From assembly GCA_963674695.2 (NCBI GenBank), contig CAXXGI010000001.1:576001-640000 (forward strand): a stretch of DNA of 64,000 bases. The letters run 5' to 3'. The notes under the pieces are model-generated. The model was not told the DNA's origin, made no database searches, and was given only the letters and a program-made list of their open reading frames with translations. Source of the stretch: a bacterium. Lineage in GTDB: Bacteria; UBA10199; 2-02-FULL-44-16; JAAZCA01. The first letter of the stretch is position 1; every line of letters starts with the position of its first letter. Below, in pieces: positions 40,407 to 48,279 of the stretch. The position numbers were made by a program, and so were the translations under genes.

Positions 40407-40634
40407 ATGCCACGAGGTGACGGAACAGGACCGATGGGCGGCGGAGGTGGCCGCGGTGGACGAGGTGGCGGTGGAATGGGCGGAGGTCGCGGGCGCATGG
40501 GCGGAACGGCTGCCGGGCTGGGTGGAGAGTGCGTCTGCCCCAAGTGCGGCAAGCGCATTCCGCACGGACGCGGCGCCCCTTGCAATCAGATACCATGCCC
40601 TGACTGCGGCACAACGATGACACGCGCCTCATGA
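40407..40634 (+). CDS. Small Gly-rich Zn-ribbon protein (DUF5320-like)
   Basis: MPRGDGTGPMG..GRG; CVCPKCG..PH.RG.PC....CPDCG. Confidence 0.85.
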   Translation: MPRGDGTGPMGGGGGRGGRGGGGMGGGRGRMGGTAAGLGGECVCPKCGKRIPHGRGAPCNQIPCPDCGTTMTRAS

Positions 40635-41485
40635 GAATCGCCATCGCCAGCGGCAAGGGGGGAACGGGGAAGACGACCATCGCCACGAGCGTGGCGCTCG
40701 CACTCGTTCGCGCAGGGCGCGCCGCGCAACTCATCGATTGCGATGTCGAGGAACCCAACTCCCATCTCTACATCCATCCCGCCATCGAGAAAACCATCGC
40801 GGTGGACGTGATGGCCCCGATGGTCGATCAAACCACATGTACGCACTGCGGCGCTTGTGCCGAGTTCTGCCGTTTCAATGCGCTGGCCTCGCTCCCCGAT
40901 CAGACGCTCGTCTTTCCGGAACTCTGTCACAGCTGCACCGGATGTGTGCACGTCTGCCCGGAAAAGGCCATCGCAGCGATCCAGCGCACCATCGGTTCGA
41001 TCGAAATCGGTCACGATGGAAAGCTCATCTATGCCGCAGGACGCCTCAATGTCGGCGAAGCGCGCGCTACACCGATCATCGCTGCGCTCGACGCCCACAT
41101 CGATGCCGATCGCGTGACCATCCTCGACGCCCCGCCGGGCTCCTCCTGTCCGGTCGTCGAAACGCTGCGCATCAGCGACTTCTGTCTGCTTGTCGCTGAG
41201 CCCACGCCGTTTGGTCTGGCCGATCTCGAACACGTCGCGGCCGTCGCAGAAGCGATGAAGATTCCCCGCGCAGCCCTCATCAACCGCGACGGCATGGGGG
41301 ATGATCGCGTCGAACGATTCCTGGAGGAGAAAGGGGTGCCGCTCCTCATGAAGATCCCCAACGATCGCCGCATCGCCGAACGCATGGCCGGCGGCACGGC
41401 CCTCATCGATGTACGACCTGAGCTGGCCCCACCCCTGCTCGACCTGGTCGAAAAAATCGAACGACTCTCTCGTGAGGCATCATGA
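40631..41485 (+). CDS. MinD-superfamily P-loop ATPase with inserted ferredoxin domain, subunit 1
   Basis: ASGKGGTGKTT, DCDVEEPN, CTHCGACAEFC, CHSCTGCVHVCP, DAPPGSSCP, EPTPFG. Confidence 0.92.
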   Translation: MRIAIASGKGGTGKTTIATSVALALVRAGRAAQLIDCDVEEPNSHLYIHPAIEKTIAVDVMAPMVDQTTCTHCGACAEFCRFNALASLPDQTLVFPELCHSCTGCVHVCPEKAIAAIQRTIGSIEIGHDGKLIYAAGRLNVGEARATPIIAALDAHIDADRVTILDAPPGSSCPVVETLRISDFCLLVAEPTPFGLADLEHVAAVAEAMKIPRAALINRDGMGDDRVERFLEEKGVPLLMKIPNDRRIAERMAGGTALIDVRPELAPPLLDLVEKIERLSREAS

Positions 41486-42345
41486 CCAAGACCCTCGTCG
41501 TCATCAGCGGAAAGGGAGGCACGGGAAAGACCAGTGTCACCGCATCGTTCGCACTGCTCGCCTCGAACGCCGTCATCGCCGATGGCGATGTCGACGCCGC
41601 CGACCTGCACCTGATCCTCGATCCGACGACACGCGAAAAGGCCCCCTTCACCGCAGGCGTCATCGCATCGATCGATCGTGAGCGCTGCACCGCATGCGGC
41701 GCATGCCGCGAAGCATGCGTCTATCACGCCATCGACGAATCGTTCGTCATCGATCCGATCGCCTGCGAGGGCTGCGGACTCTGCCAGTGGATCTGTCCCG
41801 CCGATGCCGTCGTCCTCACACCAAACGCATGCGGGCGCTCATTCATCTCCGACACGCGCGCCGGTCCTTTCGTACACGCGCGCCTCGATCCCGGCGCGGA
41901 GAACTCCGGCAAACTCGTCTCCTTCGTGCGCGGAAAGGCCGCCGAATTGGCCGAGGAGAAGAAACTCGTCATCGTCGATGGACCACCGGGGATCGGCTGT
42001 CCGGTCATCGCCGCCATCGGGGGAACGGATCTCGCGCTCATCGTCACCGAACCCTCGGCCGCCGCCTTTGAGGACTTGAAGCGCATCGCCGACACCGCCG
42101 CTCACTTCGACGTTCCGGTCGTCTGCGCGATCAATCGCTATGACATCAGCACAGAGCTGACCGCACGCATCGAGGCGTATCTGGCCGAACGCAGCATCCC
42201 GCTCATCGGCCGCATCCCCTATGACGAGGCCTTTTTCGCCGCACAGCTAGCGGGAAAAGCGATCGTGGAGGCGGACAAAGGCCCTGCCGCAACGGAGATT
42301 CGGCGCATGTGGAAAAACATTGAAGATCGGCTCGGAATGGAATAG
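41482..42345 (+). CDS. MinD-superfamily P-loop ATPase with inserted ferredoxin domain, subunit 2
   Basis: ISGKGGTGKTS, DVDAADL, CTACGACREAC, CEGCGLCQWICP, ENSGKLV, DGPPGIGCPVIA. Confidence 0.92.
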   Translation: MTKTLVVISGKGGTGKTSVTASFALLASNAVIADGDVDAADLHLILDPTTREKAPFTAGVIASIDRERCTACGACREACVYHAIDESFVIDPIACEGCGLCQWICPADAVVLTPNACGRSFISDTRAGPFVHARLDPGAENSGKLVSFVRGKAAELAEEKKLVIVDGPPGIGCPVIAAIGGTDLALIVTEPSAAAFEDLKRIADTAAHFDVPVVCAINRYDISTELTARIEAYLAERSIPLIGRIPYDEAFFAAQLAGKAIVEADKGPAATEIRRMWKNIEDRLGME

Positions 42346-42357
42346 AGATCGCCCGCT

Positions 42358-42789
42358 ATGATCGAATATACGGACATCCTGCGGGATCACTTCCTCACAC
42401 CGCGCAACGCCGGCGAGATCGAATCACCCGATGGCGTGGGGTTCATCGGCGATCCGGGTTGCGGCGACATGCTCAAGGTGACCATCCGCGTCGAGAACGA
42501 TCGCCTCACCGATATCCGCTTTCTCTGCAAGGGGTGCGCGGCGGCCATCGGCACCGCCAGCATGATGACGGAGATGGCCCGAGGCAAGACGCTCGACGAG
42601 GCGATCGAGATCACCGACGAGGCGATCGAAGCGGCGGTCGGCGGGCTGCCGGAAGCCAAGCGCCACTGTTCCAACCTGGGCGCGAGTGCCCTGCACGAAG
42701 CGGTCTACGACTACACGCACAAAAGCATCGAACACGAGACGTACGCCGCTCGCGCGATGGACGTCTTTTCCCCCAACGAAGGAGGATGA
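42358..42789 (+). CDS. iscU: IscU/NifU-type Fe-S scaffold
   Basis: DHFLTPRNAG, GCGD, KGCAAAI, LPEAKRHCSNL. Confidence 0.9.
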   Translation: MIEYTDILRDHFLTPRNAGEIESPDGVGFIGDPGCGDMLKVTIRVENDRLTDIRFLCKGCAAAIGTASMMTEMARGKTLDEAIEITDEAIEAAVGGLPEAKRHCSNLGASALHEAVYDYTHKSIEHETYAARAMDVFSPNEGG

Positions 42790-42791
42790 TC

Positions 42792-43130
42792 ATGAAGGTT
42801 GCCATACCGATTGCCAACGGAGCGCTCTGCATGCACTTCGGTCACTGCGAACAGTTCGCCCTCGTGGAGGTCGACGAAACCACGAAGACGATCACCCAGA
42901 CGACGATGGTCACCCCGCCGCCGCACGAACCCGGCATGCTCCCGCCGTGGTTGGCCAAACAAGGCGCCACGCACATCATCGCCGGCGGCATGGGCAGCCG
43001 CGCGCAGGACCTCTTCGCGGCACAGAGCATCGCGGTCATCGTCGGCGCCCCGGCAGACGAACCGGAAGCGTTGGTGAAGTTGTATCTTTCCGGAACGCTC
43101 AAGACGGGCACGAATACGTGTGATCACTGA
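42792..43130 (+). CDS. NifB/NifX family protein
   Basis: MKVAIP, CMHFGHCEQF, PPHEPG.LP.WL, IAGGMG.RA, NTCDH. Confidence 0.9.
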   Translation: MKVAIPIANGALCMHFGHCEQFALVEVDETTKTITQTTMVTPPPHEPGMLPPWLAKQGATHIIAGGMGSRAQDLFAAQSIAVIVGAPADEPEALVKLYLSGTLKTGTNTCDH

Positions 43131-43159
43131 TCGGACACTGATGTCACCGCGAGGGAGAC

Positions 43160-44119
43160 ATGAACCCTTCTACTCGCCATGTCTTCGGCCCCGTCCCGTC
43201 GCGTCGCCTCGGCCGATCGCTGGGCGTCGATCTCGTTCCGTTCAAGACCTGCACCTATGATTGCATCTACTGCCAGCTCGGACCGACACCCCAGCAAACG
43301 GTTACGCGCCATTCATTCATTTCGGTCGAAGGAGTACTCGACGAGGTGAAAGCGCTTCTGAGCGAAGGCGTCCTCGCGGACTTCATCACCCTCTCCGGCT
43401 CAGGGGAACCGACCCTCAACAGCGACATCGGGCGTATCGTCGAGGAACTCAAGGCCCGTTTTTCCATCCCCGTAGCGGTATTGACCAACGGCTCGCTGCT
43501 GTGGATGCCCGAGGTGCGTCGTTCGCTCCTCGCCGCCAATCTCGTCATCCCGTCGCTCGACGCGAGCAACCCGGATATTTTTCGCCGCATCAATCGTCCG
43601 CACGATGACATCGATTTCTCCCGCATGCTCGATGGCCTCATCACCTTCCGCGAGGAATACCGCGGCCAAATCTGGCTCGAAGTCTTCCTCGTTCGCGGCA
43701 TCAACGACGGCGACCACGAGATCGAAGCGCTCGCAGAGGCTGCACGCCGAATCCGTCCGGACCGCATTCAGCTCAACACCGTAGACCGCCCTCCGGCTGA
43801 GACAGGCGTGCACCCGGTGCCACGCGAAGTCCTCGATGCGATCTGCGATCGTTTCCAACCGCATGCGGAGATCATCGCTTCATTCAAGCACCGCGGCGAA
43901 GTCGTGCGCACGTCAACGGCCAAAGAGATCGTCACCCTCTGCCAAAGGCGTCCCTGCACGCTCTCGGATATCGCCGAAGCATTGGGCCTGCATCGAAACG
44001 AAGTCGTCAAGTTGACGAGGGAACTCACACAACGCGGCCGACTTCAGATCAAACGCGCGGAACGCGGGGTGTTCTACACGGCGATGGGCAAAGGCGAAGC
44101 GCCCGAAGCCGAGGAATAA
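43160..44119 (+). CDS. Radical SAM protein (COG0731/Tyw1-like bacterial family)
   Basis: FGPVPSRRLGRSLGVDL, CTYDCIYC, SGSGEPTL, LTNGSL, PSLDA, QLNTVDRPP; C-terminal wHTH. Confidence 0.92.
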   Translation: MNPSTRHVFGPVPSRRLGRSLGVDLVPFKTCTYDCIYCQLGPTPQQTVTRHSFISVEGVLDEVKALLSEGVLADFITLSGSGEPTLNSDIGRIVEELKARFSIPVAVLTNGSLLWMPEVRRSLLAANLVIPSLDASNPDIFRRINRPHDDIDFSRMLDGLITFREEYRGQIWLEVFLVRGINDGDHEIEALAEAARRIRPDRIQLNTVDRPPAETGVHPVPREVLDAICDRFQPHAEIIASFKHRGEVVRTSTAKEIVTLCQRRPCTLSDIAEALGLHRNEVVKLTRELTQRGRLQIKRAERGVFYTAMGKGEAPEAEE

Positions 44120-44158
44120 CCCTTTCCGCTTTTTCCCGTTGAAAAAAGACCCGATGCC

Positions 44159-44503
44159 TTATCGACTGCGACCCGAGCGACGATGTTGAAGCAGGAGAAC
44201 CCCGGTCACGATGAGGGCGATGGGCAGAAGCGGGAGATCGAGCCCCATCATTTCGCTCCCTCCCGCCGCGAGGAAGAGCACGCCGATGATCACCCAGTAC
44301 CAACTGATGGTCTGACGCAGGAGCAGGCGCACGAGCGTTCCGAAGAGCGAGATAATGCCCACGCCGAGCGCGCCGACACCGCGCGGGATCTGCGGCAGGA
44401 CGAGCACCGCGCCGATCCAGACGAAGAAGAGGACCCAGCCGAAGGCATCGAGGCCCTTGGAGAGCCGGCCGCGCCCCTGTCTTCCGATCGTCATGCCGTT
44501 CAT
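44159..44503 (-). CDS. Small 4-TM hypothetical membrane protein
   Basis: LDAFGWVLFFVWIG and further hydrophobic segments. Confidence 0.65.
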   Translation of the reverse strand: MNGMTIGRQGRGRLSKGLDAFGWVLFFVWIGAVLVLPQIPRGVGALGVGIISLFGTLVRLLLRQTISWYWVIIGVLFLAAGGSEMMGLDLPLLPIALIVTGVLLLQHRRSGRSR

Positions 44504-44519
44504 GGGACCCCCGTAACCA

Positions 44520-44663
44520 GCAGTGCAAAAACAACACAGTGGGGCGCATCCCGCAAGCCGTTTTGAGGGTCACTCCGAAATTCGCGTTGCGCTTCAGCAC
44601 GTTGCCCGATAAGTCCCCGGTAACGCAATCGCTGGAGAAACACCAAACCACTTGAAGAGCACG
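44520..44663. other. Conserved non-coding element, copy 1
   Basis: Shares GCAGTGCAAAAACAACA, CGAAATTCGCGTTGCGyTTCAGCACGTTGCCCGATArGTCCCCG and AAACACCAAACC with 48018..48195. Confidence 0.8.
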
Positions 44664-44674
44664 GGAAAAAGATC

Positions 44675-44701
44675 ACAACTTTCCGCGATCATGACCGATA
44701 A
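44675..44701 (+). promoter_or_regulatory. Sigma28-like promoter
   Basis: ACAACTTT-N11-ACCGATAA. Confidence 0.68.
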
Positions 44702-44725
44702 TCATGTTGACTACCTCCGGAAGGA

Positions 44726-46369
44726 ATGGACCTGGGAACGATCAACGCCATGGGAATGCCTCTGAACGTACACACGCTCTCGCGACGGAACGACGCCACC
44801 GGCGCCGCTTGGCTACACGAGCGAAGCGTTGAGACCATCGCTTCCGGAAAACACCTCCTGGGGATCGATGGTTACTGCGCCGCACCAACAGCGAGCAGCA
44901 CATCTCACCTGCTGTGCACTCCTCTCATCGGACAAACCAGCCTCGCGGACATCTTCGAAGAAGCGGCCGTTCTCGTAGAGAACACCGCGCTGGCAATCGC
45001 CGGCACCATGGCCGTTGCCGGCGCCATCGCGGCAGCGGGCACGACGACGACCATCGGGGCCGCCGTAAGCGCCCTCCTCCTCATTGGCTGCACCGACGAT
45101 CACGCGACCGACGACAAGATCAACACCATCATCCATCCAGACGGCGACCGCGATCGCCCGGAGTTTGCCCCGCACACCGACGGCGATGAAGAAGTCGCGC
45201 AGGAGGAAGAGTGGGAGGAGGTGGACCCCGCGCTCTGCAGCAACGGCGAGCTCGACCCGGGCGAGGAGTGCGAGGCCAATTCGTATGGAGTCTGGATCGG
45301 TTGCACCGACTGCCTCCTCGATCCAAGCCTCACCAAGATCTTCTCGCACAGCATGGCGACCGCCGACTATCCCGAAACGACGGCCCCCAACCTGCAAGCC
45401 AAGGGGGACGACGGCATAATTGCCGTCTTCAGCGTTCCGAAGATCGACAGCGTCTCCCTCTATTCTTCCGTCCATGCCTTCGACGGCCGCACGGGGGAGA
45501 ACCCGCGCCTGGCGTCCGGCTACTACGGCATTCCCTGGCGCCAATCGGCCGTGAGCGACAACCTGGAACTCTTCGCCTATCAGATGGGGGGATGGGAGTT
45601 CACAACGCCGCGCGTCTTCGATCGCAATGGCGACGTCGATTATCTCCCGATCAGCGGCGTCGAGACGATGTGCACCTCCTCCGACCTCAGCTGGATCGGC
45701 GGCGTCACGCTCGCGAACGACCCGGACGATACACCGAGGGCGTTCTCCGTCGCGAAAATCTCCTTCGGTCGTAACGAGAATGATGTGCAGATCGTCGAGG
45801 GGATTGAACTCGCCCACGATGGGCTTCGCGACGAGCTTGCCGGCGGTGCCGTCGCCACGCGCCACTGTCTGGACGACGAGGGCTTCGGCGTCGTCGCCGC
45901 GCGAACGATGGACGGCATCGGCGCGCTCTATCTCGTCTCGCCGACGGGAGCATCACAGCGCATCGCCGATGAACTCACGCTCGCGAGCGCAGCGGTCATA
46001 TCGAGCGGCGGCATCATCGCCTTCCTCGCCCACAACGGTGACGCAAAGGACCTCGTCACCATCGATCGGCGCGACCCGGATACATGTATGCGCATCAGCG
46101 CACCACCGGGGGTCTCGCGCATCCACGACATCTCGCACGACGGCGCGAGCATCATCACCGACAGCGGCAGCGATGAAAGCGTTTACATCCGCCTGGCCGA
46201 AACGGACGAGTGGCGACTGACGAACACGGAATCGATCTCCGAGGACGAGCAGATCACGGCCGCCGTCATTCGCGGCACATGGATCTATCTGCAGACGAAG
46301 GATACGACCGGCGATCTCACGCGAACAAACATCTGGCGTTTGGCGCGCGAAGGGGAAACAACGAGGTGA
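44726..46369 (+). CDS. Orphan family A, copy 2
   Basis: Paralogue of 34683..36479; CSNGELDPGEECE..WIGCTDCLLDP; internal LLIGC. Confidence 0.75.
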   Translation: MDLGTINAMGMPLNVHTLSRRNDATGAAWLHERSVETIASGKHLLGIDGYCAAPTASSTSHLLCTPLIGQTSLADIFEEAAVLVENTALAIAGTMAVAGAIAAAGTTTTIGAAVSALLLIGCTDDHATDDKINTIIHPDGDRDRPEFAPHTDGDEEVAQEEEWEEVDPALCSNGELDPGEECEANSYGVWIGCTDCLLDPSLTKIFSHSMATADYPETTAPNLQAKGDDGIIAVFSVPKIDSVSLYSSVHAFDGRTGENPRLASGYYGIPWRQSAVSDNLELFAYQMGGWEFTTPRVFDRNGDVDYLPISGVETMCTSSDLSWIGGVTLANDPDDTPRAFSVAKISFGRNENDVQIVEGIELAHDGLRDELAGGAVATRHCLDDEGFGVVAARTMDGIGALYLVSPTGASQRIADELTLASAAVISSGGIIAFLAHNGDAKDLVTIDRRDPDTCMRISAPPGVSRIHDISHDGASIITDSGSDESVYIRLAETDEWRLTNTESISEDEQITAAVIRGTWIYLQTKDTTGDLTRTNIWRLAREGETTR

Positions 46370-46371
46370 GG

Positions 46372-47781
46372 TCACGGACAGATCGTACTGTCCTCCATCA
46401 GGTCCGAAAACTGCACCCGCAACTGCTCGCAGACAAGCCCCTGAATATCCACGGCACTCCCGACGAACGAATAATTGAGACGGGCATCTTCCCCGTCATG
46501 GTTCGCGCGACAATAACAGGAATCCGTGAAGGCATTCGAATTGTCGCAGTAGAATATCCTTCCCTGAGAGGGGATATCATCCGGCCCAAACGCAGTCATC
46601 CCCTCGTAGAACCATGCACCACTGATGTTGACCGGCAGGTAAGCGTCGTCCCCTTCCACGTGCGTCCACAGGAAGTCATTATTGGACATGCACGCGCCGT
46701 ACCGTTCAGTTCCAAACCCGAACAGGGCAAGGCATCCAACGTGGAGGGCCTCGCGATACTCATACAGCCATCGCGGGGAGATCAACGGCTCGCCGTCGGC
46801 ACTCACCTCTTCGATGACCGGCAGACAGAGCTTGCCGATCGATCCAGAGGTCTTCCCGAAGATCCCCTTCGCCTCCCAGTCCATAGAATTCGTCATCTGC
46901 TCATACAGGCAGGAGGTTTTTCCTTTATCCTGGACCATCTTTCCGCACGAGCTGAACTCCGGGCAACGATCATCACTATCCGGCACCACGCGAAGCGGAC
47001 AACCCAGCTCCGCTCCCGCCGTCTCCGGGTAGAGACATTTTCTGCCGACGCGAGCCATCCACCTGTTGGGGCACTCCTGGTGAACGGTGACGCCGAAACC
47101 GACATCCTTGCAATGCCCCCCGTTGCGCATCCTTTCCGGGTTCGCGGGGGTAAAACCGGACAAGCAGACACATCCCTCGGACGTCCCCGAATCGACGGCG
47201 TTGTCGCCACACCCGCAAGTCCGCGTCGAGGGATCGGGAATGCCCAGGGGATCCACATACGTGCCGCCCTCATCTCTCGCGCAGTAGCATTCGCCGGTGC
47301 GCGCATTCCGCTTGTAGAGGGGATCGTCGGATTTGCAGAGATTGCACTTCCCCAAACGGGCATCGATCATGGGGGAGTCTTTCGGGCAGCGACACTCCGA
47401 CATCCCGGCGTAGGTTCTCGAACTGCGCTCGCTGACCTTCTTGCCGGTGAGATTCTCCCGTTCCGTATCCCCCATGCACGCGCACCCGGCCGTCGGTGCC
47501 GCGAAGATATCCGGAAGCTGCACCTCCTTCACCAGGTTGCCTCCCTGAGGTTCGTACACCGTATAGCTGCACATGCAACGCGATAAGAACCACATCTGAC
47601 CATCGGGACACCGACGCCTGATCTCCCCCGTCATCCGTTTCTTCAGGCTCGGGGGACGCTGCACTCCCGATGGCTTTGCACGCATGCTCGATCCGGTCCG
47701 CAACTGCGCATCGCTCGTCGCGGATATCAGGAGACCGGTGGCGATGAGAACGACTCCGAGGGCAATCGATGCACGTTTCAT
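46372..47781 (-). CDS. Orphan family B, copy 2 (secreted Cys-rich protein)
   Basis: Signal peptide MKRAS..SDA after a GGGAGG RBS; paralogue of 36454..38379. Confidence 0.75.
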   Translation of the reverse strand: MKRASIALGVVLIATGLLISATSDAQLRTGSSMRAKPSGVQRPPSLKKRMTGEIRRRCPDGQMWFLSRCMCSYTVYEPQGGNLVKEVQLPDIFAAPTAGCACMGDTERENLTGKKVSERSSRTYAGMSECRCPKDSPMIDARLGKCNLCKSDDPLYKRNARTGECYCARDEGGTYVDPLGIPDPSTRTCGCGDNAVDSGTSEGCVCLSGFTPANPERMRNGGHCKDVGFGVTVHQECPNRWMARVGRKCLYPETAGAELGCPLRVVPDSDDRCPEFSSCGKMVQDKGKTSCLYEQMTNSMDWEAKGIFGKTSGSIGKLCLPVIEEVSADGEPLISPRWLYEYREALHVGCLALFGFGTERYGACMSNNDFLWTHVEGDDAYLPVNISGAWFYEGMTAFGPDDIPSQGRIFYCDNSNAFTDSCYCRANHDGEDARLNYSFVGSAVDIQGLVCEQLRVQFSDLMEDSTICP

Positions 47782-47816
47782 GACGCCTCCCCGTTGAACC
47801 AACAGGGCATTATATA

Positions 47817-47832
47817 AGCAAGAGGCATGCCA
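47817..47832 (-). promoter_or_regulatory. Sigma54 -24/-12 promoter
   Basis: Minus strand TGGCATGCCTCTTGCT, 36 nt upstream of the family B copy 2 ATG. Confidence 0.75.
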
Positions 47833-48017
47833 TCATGAGGACGCGATGGCGCATGCGCCTCCGCAAAAAAAGTCGTTCTTTCAATAGGTTGCAAGGCCGA
47901 CGGCAGCGGTCATCGGGAGCGAAGGCCTCATATCGAGAAAGGGAGGGATCGAGAGTCAATATATCGTCATGTCGCGACCATCCGATCGTCATGTCATTCA
48001 TGCCGCATCCGTGAATT

Positions 48018-48195
48018 GCAGTGCAAAAACAACATGGTAGCGACAATCCTGGAAGCCGTTTCGAGCCTCCATTCGAAATTCGCGTTGCGTTTCAGCACGT
48101 TGCCCGATAGGTCCCCGTCTCCGAATCTCAGCGGCTCGTCCTCGGGGGAGGCGAACGCAACCTGTGGATAAACACCAAACCGATTGAATATCACG
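48018..48195. other. Conserved non-coding element, copy 2 (with an extra hairpin of about 35 nt)
   Basis: Matches 44520..44663; extra segment TCTCCGAATCTCAGCGGCTCGTCCTCGGGGGAGGCG. Confidence 0.8.
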
Positions 48196-48221
48196 CAACT
48201 TTTCCCCCGAACGAACGATAC
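48195..48221 (+). promoter_or_regulatory. Sigma28-like promoter (weaker -10)
   Basis: GCAACTTT-N11-AACGATAC. Confidence 0.5.
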
Positions 48222-48279
48222 TTCGACGATTGTATTGAGCGGCCGCTTTCCGCGCCGCCCCGTGTAAGGAGAAGACCCC

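Noticed and set aside
44504-44651. Shared peptide GDLSGNVLKRNANF in minus-strand ORFs at 44049..44651 and 47994..49229
   Set aside because: Follows from the duplicated DNA element. The host ORFs overlap real genes, copy 2 carries a hairpin insertion, and there is no common start or RBS.
34683-47781. Diversity-generating retroelement behind the paralogous pairs
   Set aside because: No reverse transcriptase and no near-identical TR/VR pair with adenine-specific differences.
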